This document shows, piece after piece, positions 1 through 11,778 of a stretch of DNA of 64,000 nt. The stretch spans positions 51,435,810 through 51,499,809 of the forward strand of contig NC_052152.1 in assembly GCF_902713615.1 (NCBI RefSeq), given 5' to 3'. The stretch comes from Scyliorhinus canicula (taxonomy: Eukaryota). The position numbers were made by a program, and so were the translations under genes. The first letter of the stretch is position 1. Every line of letters starts with the position of its first letter. The notes below the pieces were generated by a model that worked only from the letters and a program-made list of their open reading frames with translations, was not told the origin of the DNA and searched no databases.

Positions 1-790
1 TTCGATGTCAGAGTCAGGAAGTCAGGAATAGAAACAGGATTGGTTGAAGCTCCTGCAATTAATAAAGCAAGATAATCAGTGAATGATACAAAATATCATT
101 AGTTACCATTCCTCTGGGAAACGGAAAGCACTTCCTACAAAAAAACCCCCAGTGAGGGATAAGGACCTTTTGGTCGCTGATGGACTGAGTTGTGTGTTGC
201 TTCTAAGGGACATGAGGAAGCTTTTATGGTGCTACTACCCCGAGGTAGTCAGATGCCTTGGAGGTAGTGGAACAACCGGAATGGCTATTGTGTTACCTTC
301 CTGAGCGGCGCCAGCTATGGTTCACGGTGATTGGACTTGAGGAAAGCACATCACAAAGGGTCTATCGACACTGGTCTGCGAGATGGATGCATTTACCATT
401 GATTTTCCTGCACAGTTTACAAATCATGACATGTACGAATGACAAGGCTGAGGGATAGTTGCTAGTCAGTATGACTATAAGAAGGATATAAATCCTAAGG
501 GCAACACGGTAGCATTGAGGATGGCTATCTATCTAGTCGGATTCAGCTCAGGGTTATCTCTCATAGCTTGGTCATGGGGTTTTACCTGATGCATGGATTG
601 ATAATACTTGTTATTATAATTGTATACTGCATAATCATTGGATGCCTTAATATGTGTTGTACGCTGGCTAGGGCTCGGATGCTGCCGATAGGCTTGGCCC
701 ATCATTATTCACCAAAGATGACATCTCGTTACTGGTGACCATCACACCAGACGGAAGAGGACGGAGAGCCAGAGGCTGTAAAAATGCGAT
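1..790 (+). other. Degenerate ORF-like segment ending in a hydrophobic helix plus CC (possible membrane-protein remnant) within the ERV
   Basis: Frame from ~500 reads ...SLVMGFYLMHGLIILVIIIVYCIIIGCLNMCCTLARARMLP; upstream frames have many stops. Joined abruptly to mid-integrase at ~790. No family recognised. Confidence 0.35.
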
Positions 791-1426
791 GAGGTGTTTA
801 TGTACGGAATACCGGCTCAGTTAAGTTCTGATAACGGGCCTCATTTTATTGGACAGATTAACAAGGAGTTCTGCTCCCAGTTGGGCATACGCCAGCAGTT
901 AGACTGTGCGTACAGACCGCAGGCGGCCGGGTTGGTTGAGAGACACAATCAGACCCTCAAAACTAAATTGGCTAAATTAAGAACGGACGCGGGACTGACA
1001 TGGCTTAAGTTGCTCCCCGTTGCCCTCATTCAGCTGTAGGTCACACCTGCAGGATCGGCCTGGCTCTCTCCTGCCAAGATCTTTTACAGCAGGCCCATTA
1101 GAACACCTTGCAACCTGCCTGTTCCCAGATTGGTCCAGTTTCACCATCTGACTAAAGAAAGGACTAACTATGTTCTAGCCCTCACTAATGCCCTCAAGGA
1201 GCTCCATAGCCAGGTCCGCACAGCTCTCTCGTCACCGTCCCTATCACATAGCTTGCTCTCAGTGCAGCCTGGTCGTTATGTCAAGGTCAAAAATTGGACT
1301 CGGAAAGGGTCAGAGCCACGATGGGAGGGGCCTTTCCAAGTTCTCCTTACCACCCCCACTGCAGTCAAAGTGGAGGGGCGGAGTGCTTGGGTCCACCTCC
1401 ACCACTGTAAAAAGGTCGGTCACTAA
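791..1426 (+). pseudogene. Retroviral integrase, catalytic core second half plus C-terminal GPY/F domain
   Basis: YGIPAQLSSDNGPHF, AYRPQAAGLVERHNQTLK, EPRWEGPFQVLLTTPTAVKV...WVHLHHCKK. ORFs 794-1039 and 1130-1426 are in one frame separated by a single TAG. Confidence 0.92.
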
Positions 1427-1466
1427 CCTGCCTCCCTTCCCCAGCGCTATTTTACAGGTGTGAAGC

Positions 1467-3150
1467 ATGATGGGGTGGCTACATACCGCCTGTGTGATCT
1501 TCGCCATCGCCTCGCTTGGAGTGACATCGGCGGCGGAACTGGAACAGGGGAATATCATCTACATCTGTAACCCCAACCGAAGTACCCGGACATTTCACCT
1601 CTGCAGAGGTGACGTTCTTCGCTGCCCCCCATTTACGAGGACGTGGTATTGACTCATGGAAGGTCATCAGGTTAACGGACCATGCAGGACTTATGAAGCA
1701 ATTGCACCGGTCCCAACAATGGGAAGGGAAGACTGCATGGACATTGCCTTGTTTTGGAGTATATGTAAATTTGATTTTGGATGTGTTAACCTTGGTGCCT
1801 TACAGGTAAAATCAGACTGTGAGGAGGGGGTAGGAAGAGGTTGTGAGAGAGAGAGAGGGACAAGACAGAGGAAGGGCTGTGTAAGGAGGGAGGTACAACT
1901 AGACGTAGGTTATCAGGAGATGTACTTAATTTATTTAGGACCCAGAATGAGGGTAACCTGGACAGCATGAATCTCTTCTACTAGATCTACCACCACTTGT
2001 ATGGCCAGGGGCGGGTTGTCTGCTACCCGAACCCCACATCGGTGTCTAGGTTATTTTCTGTTTCACTGGTTTGGGGCACTCCCCACACTGTGGTTCATTG
2101 TCAGCGTTCCGAGCCACTGCCTGAACAAGTCACTCTTCCTTACGATCCGGCTTCCGCACCACCGGCTATTTGCCTGCCCCTTCCTCGGGATAATTCCCAC
2201 TCACAGCAGGATAAGCTTCGACGGTGGAGGACGTATATACCTAGCCACTTCACTCCCAATAGAGATTCCCGGTCGTACGAGAATTGTTTCAGCAGTCCGG
2301 GGTACGGGTGTTTGCTCGTAGAGGTGGAAACGAATATAACATGTCTGTTCCCCACCTGTACGGATAGGAGGTGTCATGTCACTCAGGCGTCTGGCCAATG
2401 CATCTGTCATAACACCACCTGCGTTCCATTGAACGCCGGCCTCCAGGTCCTTTGTGGCTGGGCGAATGTCTCTCATATCACTGTTGGGTCTAGGGCGTTC
2501 CACATTGCTATGAGGCCCGAATGGGCGTTCCAAAGCTGGATGAAATGGGCTACTGGGGGTTCCCTGCTCAATCAATATACTGATTGTGATGCTAGCCTGT
2601 ACACGGAGCAAGGATACTACTTTTTCTTTAATGGTACAGCGACCAATGTTTTGTCACCCCCATTTCCCCGCCAAATTGCTATCAGGACTCTAGTCCCCAC
2701 CACAGTCCCCTGCCCCACTGAGTGGATACTGCACCATAAATTGGCGTGCCGGTCAGTCTCAGCCGAATTCTGTGAAGGCTGGAAGAAACCTCAGGTCCTA
2801 GCACCCAACCGGGGCCACTCAGCCAGATGGGGAATTCTGAGCGCCTAGACACTGGGGGGTATGGGGGGGTTCCTTGGCAGTCAACGATAGGAATTATTTT
2901 ATTTGCGGCCTTACCATCCTGGGAAACGAGACCTTGGGGGCCCTCGGGGCAATAACAAAGGAACTATCTCAACTGCGGTTGTTTGCAGAACCGGTATGCT
3001 CTTGACTATCCCGCCTGCATCTTTGTGGGCCTGGCCATCCTTAAATGCTTGATGGGTAAAATGCAGGGTGCGCTGGAACAGATAGCCGCCCCTAGAGTCT
3101 TGACTGTTAGGATCCACGAGCATGCAGCGGCCGATGAGGTGCTGCAATAG
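1467..3150 (+). pseudogene. Retroviral env (gamma-type TM), disrupted
   Basis: Signal-like MMGWLHTACVIFAIASLGVTSA; Cys-rich SU with N-glycosylation sequons (ORF 1997-2848); Gly-rich fusion-peptide-like WGILSA*TLGGMGGSLAV; ISD LQNRYALDY at 2983-3009; TM-like CIFVGLAILKCLM. Stops and frameshifts present. Confidence 0.85.
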
Positions 3151-3230
3151 GATTTAGAAATGCAGCAACGAGTTTTCTTAGCTGAGGGGCCATAACTACA
3201 ACTAGGAATGATGGGTTATCATGAAATGAT

Positions 3231-3242
3231 AAAAGGAGGGAA
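3231..3242 (+). other. Polypurine tract (PPT)
   Basis: AAAAGGAGGGAA immediately before the TG start of the LTR. Confidence 0.8.
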
Positions 3243-3687
3243 TGAGGAAGTGAGCAAACGAATATGATGGACAGTAGGACCCTGAGGGTAATGTGTTCAC
3301 AGACAGAGAACAAAGGGATGAGCAAAGCCTGGCTCGGGGGATAGTAGCCTCGTGGAGAGAATAGTGAAAAGGATGCTGGGCTGAAAGGGGCCCAGGATTG
3401 AGGAATGCAAAGTGACCAATTAGGATATAGGGCCAGGTCAGGAGGTATATAGAATGACCAATGGGAAGCTTATATGTGAATCTTACTGTGATTTTGAATA
3501 TATCTGTAGAAACCCTATGTCCTCGCTCTCTCTTTCTCGGGAATCCCAGAAGACGGCTGTGTGTGTTCTGAGGTCCTACGAGTAAGCCAGCCTTGCAAGT
3601 TGCTTATTATTAAACGATACTATACCTACAAATCCATCTCAGATTTGATTGAATCTAGACTGACAGCAAATTAATCAGGGATTAACA
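3243..3687 (+). repeat. ERV LTR (~445 bp)
   Basis: TG...CA termini bounded by the PPT upstream and the PBS downstream; ATTAAA polyA-like signal near 3609. Confidence 0.85.
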
Positions 3688-3689
3688 TT

Positions 3690-3709
3690 TGGTGCCGAAA
3701 CCCGGGATC
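3690..3709 (+). other. Primer binding site, tRNA-Phe
   Basis: TGGTGCCGAAACCCGGGATC is complementary to the 3' end of vertebrate tRNA-Phe(GAA); starts 2 nt after the LTR CA. Confidence 0.92.
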
Positions 3710-3929
3710 CTCGAGATCCTTGCCTTTCATCTGCGAAATCAGAATTGGACTGCTCTCGGAATGGGAAAAAGGAAATGGGCCCACGATATGAATAGATAAA
3801 ACTTGCAATATCGATTTTCCTCTGTCTCGTATTCTGCTAACAGTCTAATCACTCGCATTTGATCAGGTGAGATTGTCTCGACGAAATCAAAGGTCAGTCT
3901 GGCAGAAAATTAAGCCGGGATTAACAACA

Positions 3930-5010
3930 ATATGCAGATGACCTACTTTCATATATTATGAATCTGGTCTCCTCAATAGAAAATACCATGAAGGTACTCA
4001 TGAGATTTGACACATTCTCAGGCTATAAACTAAACATCATTAAAAGTGAGTATTACCCAGTAAATGCAATGGTCAGAGGGATTCAGCTGGGTTTGCTGCC
4101 GTTTCGTCCCTCGCCCTCTGGTTTTCAATATCTGGGGATCCATGTAGTCCATAACTAGGCCTTATTCCATAAAGTTAACTTCTCAAGCCTCATCAGCAAG
4201 ATCAGAATGGACTTACAGAGGTGGATAACCTCCCACGAGCGCTAGAGGACAGGATCCAAACTGCTAAGATGATTGTGGTACCTAGGTTTCTGTTCTTATT
4301 TCAATCTATGCCCAATTTTCGGCCTATAGCATTTTTTATTACAGTCAACAAATTAATATCAGCGTTTGCCCAGGCAGGTGAGAGTTCCGGCGTCGACGGC
4401 GCTCTGCTTCAGAGAGACAGAGGATCGGGTGGCTTATCCCTCCCCAATCTCCTGTTTTATTACTGGGCTGCCAACGTGCAGAAAATCACACACAGGCTAA
4501 CTGATACAAATCAAATGGAGTAGATTAGAGGCACGGACTTGTTCTACAGCCTTCTCCCTGCACGCCATAATTACCGCAACGCTGCCCTTCTCCCCAGTAG
4601 GTCTTTCCTTGAATCCTGTAGTGATTTTGTCCCTCAGCATTTGGAAACAGTTTCTGCAACACTTCAATCATCTCTTGCAATCCCCGATTTGCCCCGATAT
4701 GTGACAACCACCTCTTCGTGCCTTCGGGATTGGATCCATTGTTCAGATCCTGGAGAACGGGAGGGTCGGGTGCACTTTGGGGATTTATTCCGAGATGGAA
4801 ACCTTTGCCGGCCTTGAAAAACTCTCAGACAGGTACAATCTGTCTGGTGCCAACCTTTTTCATTTCTTTCAAATTCGGGATCTCTCACATAAGTTTTTTT
4901 TGTTCCCCCCCAACCCCCCACCCCACCACAATGCTCCCCTTTGCAATTGATACCATGATCCGATATCTGGGAGTAGCCATTAATTCCTTTTGCTGTCAGC
5001 AGACTTAGTG
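3930..5010 (+). mobile_element. L1-clade LINE ORF2 fragment (RT C-terminal part), degenerate
   Basis: QYADDL, FDTFSGYKLNIIKSEYYP, FQYLGIHV, KMIVVPRFLFLFQSMP, GGLSLPNLLFYYWAAN. Confidence 0.88.
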
Positions 5011-5727
5011 GGGCCATCCACAATGGTGCCTTGTTACACATTTGTAGAATAGACCTTGAATTGTACATGTGCAGTTTCTCTGCCTAGAAACTAGCTTCCC
5101 AGAGACACACTGTGTGCTTGTAAAACTTGTTACACATGGCAATTCCATAGTCTGAATTGAGGAATTTGACTTCTCCAGTAAAATGGTGGAACTGTAGGTT
5201 TTACAATGGTTGCCCATCTAAGGATGCCCAAATTGTCCTCTTCAGTGATTCCTGTCTGGCCCTTGGTTTTACCCAAATGGGCTAATTCGGTGTTGAGAAT
5301 ACTGGCCAGCCCTTCAGATACTGGGAGGCATCCTAAACTACCCCACTGTAAATGTCAGTCGCTAATCCTTCCCCTTTACCACTTGCAAATGCACCCATAG
5401 ATATGATGGATGTTACTGTGGCCTTATGCTTTTTAGGTTACAAGCAGCACAGAATGGTTGTCACAAGAGTAATATCCCTTGGCAGTTATCATCCGTATCC
5501 TAGTTATTTCTCCAGCTAGTTAAACTATTTCCTGCCATTCCCAGAGTAGATAAATCCCACTAATGGTCTGTTCCTGCTTGTTTCGGTCTGGTGGGTCGAG
5601 GCAGCTAGGTTCACCTGTAATTGTCCCTTACGGGTCTGTTCTTTGGAGCGCCTGAAATAATCTTGATCAATCTCTGCATGGCCTGTTGGACCAGCTGCCC
5701 TGGGGCGTTGTCAATTCTGGGCAGCAA

Positions 5728-5935
5728 GGGCAGCACGGCGGCACAATGGCTAGCACTACTGCCTCAAGGTGGCGAGGTCCCAGGTTCGACCTCGGCTCTG
5801 GGTCACTCTCTGTGTGGAGTTTGCACATTCTCCCCGTGTTTGCATGGGTTTCGCCCCCCACAACCCAAAGATGTGCAGGGTAGGTGGATTGGCCACGCTA
5901 AATTGCCCCTTAATTGGAAAAAATGAATTGAAAAA
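5728..5935 (+). mobile_element. V-SINE (HE1-related), variant with shortened V-domain
   Basis: tRNA-like head GGGCAGCACGG..GGTTCGA, then GGGTTTCGCCCCCACAACCCAAAGATG, GCTAAATTGCCC. Confidence 0.85.
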
Positions 5936-6105
5936 ATGAAAATCACTTATTGTCACAAGTAGGCTTCAAATTAGGTTACTGTGAAAAGCCCCTAGTCGCC
6001 ACATTCCAGCGCCTGTTCGGGGAGGCTGGTACAGGAATTGAACCGTGCTGCTGGCCTGCCTTGGTCTGCTTTCAAAGCCAGCGATTTAGCCCTGTGCGAA
6101 TCCAG
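5936..6105 (-). mobile_element. Short tRNA-derived SINE (GGGGCTGGTTTAGC family, TTTCA tail)
   Basis: Reverse complement matches the copies at 21058-21238 and 60267-60460. Confidence 0.85.
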
Positions 6106-6163
6106 TGGGTGATCTGTGCTGGGAGAAAATTCACTTCTTTGTTTTAGTTTTAAATTCCACTTT

Positions 6164-6499
6164 TAGAACAGTACAGCACAGAACAGGCCCTTCGGCCCTC
6201 AATGTTGTGCCGAGCCATGATCACCCTACTCAAACCCAAGTATCCACCCTATACCCGTACCCAACAACCCCCCCCCTTAACCTTACTTAATTAGGACCAC
6301 TACGGGCAATTTAGCATGGCCAATCCACCTAACCCGCACATCTTTGGACTGTGGGAGGAAACCGGAGCACCCGGAGGAAACCCACGCACACACGGGAGGA
6401 CGTGCAGACTCCACACAGACAGTGACCCAGCCGGAATCGAACCTGGGACCCTGGAGCTGTGAAGCATTTATGCTAACCACCATGCTACCCTGCTGCCCC
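6164..6499 (-). mobile_element. Full-length HE1-like V-SINE with CR1-derived 3' tail
   Basis: tRNA head, V-domain GGGTTTCCTCCGGGTGCTCCGGTTTCCTCCCACAGTCC, tail GGGCCGAAGGGCCTGTTCTGTGCTGTACTGTTCTA; near-identical to 11779-12112 and 27916-28272. Confidence 0.92.
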
Positions 6500-8395
6500 T
6501 CTTCACATAACTTGTGTAAAATTCCAATTTATTCCATAACTATTGTAACTTGAATGTGACCTCTGAAGAATTAAATTGATACGCATTTCTCTATGACACT
6601 CCCCACTTGCAGATCACCTCACTCAATATCATTCAACATCAAATACTTCAAATATTTTCCATCTCTCCAATCATCTGTATCCATCTTGTCGATACGCCTC
6701 ACCAGGTTTACTTGCTACCAGGCCCTTACTTGTTCCTGTCCAAATAATTTACCTTGTCACTTCAATTGTGCTCATTTTGACAGGTATCAGTATGTTTTAT
6801 TCTATCCCACTTATTTTCAAGTCAGTTTCTTTATGGAGTAGGTGTCAGTGCCTTGACCACTTAATGGTGCTGTTTCACTCTGTTGGCCCCACTGCCCTAT
6901 TCATGCCATACTGTCTGTTAAGTAGTGTGCATGCATGGAAGCTGCTCTTCAATTGCATAATGGCAGGGAATTTCAAACACTTGAAAGGGTCTATTTTGAA
7001 TTGTTTTCCTGCTGATTAGTTACTTCCCACGTAACTCAGCTGCACACTTACACTTACCAAGCGATCAATGTCTCACCCTCCTCTAGACTTTCCCCTTCAT
7101 ATTAATGCCCAATTCCAATATTCCATTGAACTGCACCCAATATTGCAATTCACATTTGCTGTTCTAATTCCTTGTCTCTCTCATCTACCCTCAGTTACTT
7201 AATCCTATACCAACCTTGAGCCTGGAGAAATCTTGCAGTCCAATAAATTATCTCATGTTCAAAACAGAAGTCAAACTTTCATTTGATTCCAGGCAGTAAC
7301 ATTGTGATTGCTTGTTCTTTGTCTTAAATTACATCTTTTGTTTAACGTGGCTTGCTAAATTACATTGCCTTTCTACATTCCTGAATTGCCCCAAATTCAA
7401 ACAACAGTGGTGTTGACTTTCAGATTTTCATTAATGTCCAGTTCACTTCTTCTTACAAAGAGGTTCATCTTATGTCCATGGACACCAGCTAAACTGTTTT
7501 TTTTCTTTAAATTACTTTAAAAGTCAGGGTTTTTTTTTACATAATCGTTGTTGTCGTTATTCATCAAATAGATTCCACTTCTAATTTTGTCCCAACTTTT
7601 TGCACTATCACCCATCCTGTTCTTGGCTTTTCATTCACTCCACCGTATCCCATCGACAGACAGGGTCACAATGGCCTCCTCGAATCGCTCTTCTCCTGCC
7701 CTGCTCACTTCCTCAATGCCAATCTACACATCACATACATATTCCTTTCCTCAATGTTCATATATCCCACGAGCCTGTGCATAAGTACTGCATCTGACCC
7801 ATTTAAATAATAGACACTCCCTTGAGCCCTTCTAACATCTGAGATCATTTTCAATCTTACCATGTTCAGATCTGCACTAAGGGGTGTTCTATATGGATTT
7901 CCTACAACCAGAAGAAGCTGCTGATTGCCTGTTGAAGTAATACGTACTACAGGTCGCTTATAATCTCCATATTGTTGGGTAAGTACAGCAATGTAGTAAT
8001 TCGCATATTATGGTCATGTATGTGGAAGGGAGCAACTAATATCTGGTAACCCTATTGCCCGACGCTGTTGCTAAGGACTTGTCTAAGACTGATGAATGCG
8101 ACTTCATGCTTCTCCATCTATTCTTACAACTTTTCACTGAATGCCTACCCCCCCCCCCCCCCCCCCCCCCCCCCTTACTGGACTTTTATTGGGCTGACTA
8201 TTGCTGCACTGTTGAAAGTCAACAAATAAATGTTCAAATTCTTGAAACTACTGCAAATCTTATTCTCTTTGCAGGTACCTGGAAATAAAATACAAAGACC
8301 CATGCTTGGAGCAAACTGGGTTAATTTGTCCGAACATATCTGACAATTCATTCCTAAATTCACAATTCCTGTAAGAATATAAATATATCCTCAGC

Positions 8396-10338
8396 TGTTA
8401 AAGGCAAGGGTTAATTCTCCACTCGTTTGACGGGGGCAGAGTAAAAGTTTACAACTGGATGTCATTACGTCATCACTTCTCTTTGTTTCGACTCATCCAG
8501 AAACACAACGAGACCCCGTTTTTAAATAATCTCTACTTTACACTCCCTGTTTTGATCTCATTTTTCCTCTTTCTTTCTCTTTGCGTCAGAAATCATTTTT
8601 ATTTGAACCCAACAAAAGTTTTAACACAAGATCAGTCTAACACAGAATTGGCCATAAACATTTTAGAAATCCCAAACTTCTGTAAATCTATATTGAATTA
8701 AAATGATCTCACTCTTACATGTGTGAATTTGTATCCCGATTAAAATTGCCCACATGTTTTATCAAAAATATCCTGGAATCATGCCTCTGCCCAGAAAACA
8801 TGACTCCAGGTTTTGTTGGCTGTTTGACTTAAATCACTTAAACTTGATCTCAACATTAGAATTTCAGACAGAAAACATCAGCGTTTGAAACAGACAAGTG
8901 TCATTTATACACAAGCAGCGAAACATATCAAGTGGTTTAAAACAATAGGCAAAATGAATTATGTAAATGTCCTTGCGGTTTCTGTTCTAAACTTCAAGTA
9001 TCTGTAATTAAAAACTCAAAGTTAATTCCCCAGAAAGATAAACATTAATGATAACATGACTCTGTGAACATCCGCAGAAACAAACACACAGCTCGTAAAT
9101 CTCAAACAGTTAATCCTCAGATTTCTCTCGCAGCTACAGATCTTAAAAGGACAGAATACTCTCTCTCTTGGTTAAAATAATAAACAGGGTACTCCATTCT
9201 TCTTCATTATTAGACTTAAATTATTTATTTAATTCATTTCTCTTTTCCTTTTCATTGAAGCCAATCTTCAACAATTGATTTCACAGAAATCACCTATTCA
9301 TTGTTAAATTCAATGGCACTTTCTCCCAAACTCGTTATGACCTTCAACGCCTTTGTTCCCTAATGGGAGATATGAAGCACAAGAGAACTCTCACATTTAA
9401 TCCAAATTCCTCTAGAGTGCGCTTAAAATTTCTGCTTTTAACTGGCGTCATTGAGTACCCACGAATTAACAATTAAACCTCATATCGAGTAATTTAGACA
9501 CACAAGTTTCTGGGCAATTTAAAAACCAATCAACTGCCTGCTGAAATAGTTAACTTTTGTGCTCCAATTTATTTTCCTATATCCTTTATTTTTCCTTTAA
9601 ATCGATTTAAATTTTTTTACTTAAACAAATTTGAAAGAAATTTTAACATTTCACTCTTCAACTTGTTTTGCAGAATTCAATTGGATGACCGCCGAATTGC
9701 CCAACTCATCCCTCGGAGCACCCGACCCAGCCTGGGAAGTGACGCCAGCCCCACACTCCGGATCCAGCTGCCAGAACGCCCGACCCAACCCCCGGCCACG
9801 AGGACCCGGCCCGACTCAGAGAGACCTGCCCCACCGGCCTTATCCGGAGAGGCCCGCCCTGCGCCTCAACTTACTGGCAGATGGAGGAAAGAAGAATCCA
9901 GGTAAAGGCCCGACCAGGCCTACTCCAAGGCCCGATTCCAGGAGCGCCCAACCAGACCAACAACGCTGGAACCGAACACGGGACCCAGTCCAACCAGACC
10001 CAGGAAGACCCAAACACGGACTAAAGATCCCCAAAACGGAGGTGACTGATGAACCATCAATCGGACGCGAGACGAGTTGCTGTACAAAAGTTAGGCTTCA
10101 ATAAGCTAGAAGTTAGCCCTGCGGTCGACTACAGTAAATGGACGACCGCCGGGCGTTCTGGGTATTTATACCTCGCTCTGGAGGCGGGGTTAACTCAGCC
10201 TCTCGACCAATCGGGGAGCCGTCACATGACTGGTCTCAACCAATCGGTCGAGAGGCACATGACCGACCAGGGCCAATGGTAAGCCAGTGTTCTGCACCAA
10301 TGGCAGACAGCTATGCAAATCATACCACCACAGTGACA
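8396..10338. repeat. Long LTR-like element (TGTTA...TGACA) carrying a nested solo LTR near one end
   Basis: Imperfect TG..CA inverted termini once the nested LTR is removed; AT-rich part plus GC-rich CCCGACCCA-rich part; no coding motifs and no clear TSD. Confidence 0.45.
10047..10332 (-). repeat. Solo LTR (286 bp) with 5-bp TSD
   Basis: TG..CA termini; TSD GTGAC at 10042-10046 and 10333-10337; multiple CCAAT boxes and TATAAAT on the minus strand. Confidence 0.88.
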
Positions 10339-10344
10339 TTGCCC

Positions 10345-10770
10345 ACCCCTGCCTCACCAGACTGTGCCATACAACCTGATGACTCCTCAATATACCACAT
10401 GGACTGCGTGGTGTAATCAGGAAAAGCAAAGGTGGAGGGGGTTGCCTCCTCATCAACTCCTCCTGATGCTCAGACGTGGTGACCCTGGCGAACTACTGTT
10501 CCCTGGACCTGGAATACCTGACCGTGAAGTGCAGCCCGTACTACCTTCCGTGAGAATTCACTTCAGCCATTTTCATAGTGGTCCACATTCCACCCCAGAC
10601 AGAAGCAAGAAGGCACTTGACAAATTCTACACTGCTATAAATTGCAGTAAATACCAGGAGGCCTTGTTCATTGTGGCCTGGGCTTCAACAAGGCCATTCT
10701 CAAGAGTGTACTGCCAAAATTCCACCAACACATCTCCTGTCCCACCAGCGCCACCAACACTCTCGACCAC
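10345..10770 (+). mobile_element. Rex1/Babar-like LINE apurinic endonuclease fragment
   Basis: CLLINSS*CSDVVTLANYCSLDLEYLTVKCSPYYLP*EFTSAIFIVVHIPP ... LKSVLPKFHQHISCPT ... NTLDHC. Confidence 0.75.
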
Positions 10771-10779
10771 TGCGGTTAA

Positions 10780-11270
10780 GAAGGTCATGCTAATTGCTCT
10801 GAGAGCCTCAAGGGGCTCAGGAGGACTGGTCCAGAGGGGTGGTGGAGCACAGGGTTTTGCTCTATGTGGATGACCTGCTTCTGTACATTTCAGACCCAAT
10901 AGAGGGGATGGAAGAAATCATGAGGACTCTAGGGGAATTTGGCTGGTTTTCCGGATATAAGATTAATATGGGAAAGAGTGAGATGTTTGTGGTCCAGGCG
11001 AGGGGACAGGAGAGGCGACTGGGAGAGCTGCCGTTTAGGTTAGTAAAGGGAAGCATTAGGTACCTAAGCCTCCAAGTGGTGCGGGAATGGGACCTGTTGC
11101 ATAAATTGAATCCGGCTCAGCTGGTGGACCAAATGAAGGACGATTTTCAGAAATGGGACGCGATTCTGTTGTCTCTGGCTGGGAGGGTGCAGACGGTGAA
11201 GATGACGGTCATCCCGAGATTCCTATTTGTATTTCAGTGTCTCCCATCTTATTCCGCGTCCTTTTTGAAG
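10780..11270 (+). mobile_element. L1-clade LINE ORF2 RT fragment
   Basis: EHRVLLYVDDLLLYISDP, FSGYKINMGKSE, LSLAGRVQTVKMTVIPRFLFVFQCLP. Confidence 0.92.
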
Positions 11271-11399
11271 CGGGTCAGAGGAGCGGGCTCCAAGGCCGTC
11301 GTGAAACTCGGCCGAGTTCACGACAGCCTTCACGATTTTTCCCGGGAGCGGAGAATCGCGCCCAAGGTTTATGGTGAGCGGGCGGGTGAGTGGAGCTGA

Positions 11400-11500
11400 G
11401 TCCGCAAAAAGATCAGCCATAATCTTATCGAATGGCAGAGCAGGCTCGAGTGGCCAGATGGCCTACTCCTGAATAGTTCTTATGTTCTTAAGTTCTTAAA
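11400..11500 (+). mobile_element. CR1-like LINE 3' tail
   Basis: ATGGCAGAGCAGGCTCGAG..GGCCTACTCCTG..TTCTTATGTTCTTA terminal pattern. Confidence 0.65.
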
Positions 11501-11778
11501 GTGAAACTAGATGTCACGCTCTAATATGCAGATTTGCGAGATCGGGATTCCGCCAACAATGGATAGGATTCAGATCGTGATATCTCGTGAGATCGCATTA
11601 GATCTCGCGAGGCATGGCTAGTCGGGTTGATCAACACGGCTGGTAGATCGCAGTCTCATTCCATTAGATTTTAATTGTTGGTGGAAATTTATTAAAGCTT
11701 CTGCTCTTTCTTACTGTTCCTTTCTTGTCCTTGCTTTTTTTAATATATCATTTCCCTTCCTCTGCTCACTTTGCTTTC

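Larger units (their letters stand above)
1..3925 (+). mobile_element. Defective endogenous retrovirus (gamma/epsilon-like): unknown 5' segment, integrase remnant, env, PPT, LTR, PBS and short leader
   Basis: Order integrase (791-1426), env with ISD (1467-3150), PPT, TG..CA LTR, tRNA-Phe PBS. Open at the window start; ends where an L1 RT fragment begins. Confidence 0.88.
5050..8140 (-). pseudogene. Possible ancient, heavily degraded LTR-retroelement pol remnant, interrupted by SINEs at 5728-6499
   Basis: Minus-strand open stretches of ~75-100 codons; RNase H-like VDG..(frameshift)NEKPRTGWVIV near 7600-7650; weak integrase-like patches further on. Similarity is weak and judged by eye. Confidence 0.3.

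Noticed and set aside
7860-7901. Minus-strand micro-exon GNPYRTPLSADLNM|gtaag
   Set aside because: Weak acceptor, no compatible partner exons, and it lies inside a longer open frame better explained as a retroelement remnant.
8148-8174. Long C/G homopolymers (also ~16848, 28139, 59605)
   Set aside because: Simple runs within repeats; their lengths may be sequencing artefacts and I have no functional evidence.
8175-8480. Leader exon and CRE promoter of a second Ig gene
   Set aside because: No V or C domain found downstream, splice phases do not assemble, and the CRE-like motif lies within the LTR-like element.
9631-10104. 157-aa Pro-rich ORF
   Set aside because: Low-complexity GC-rich repeat that crosses an LTR insertion boundary.
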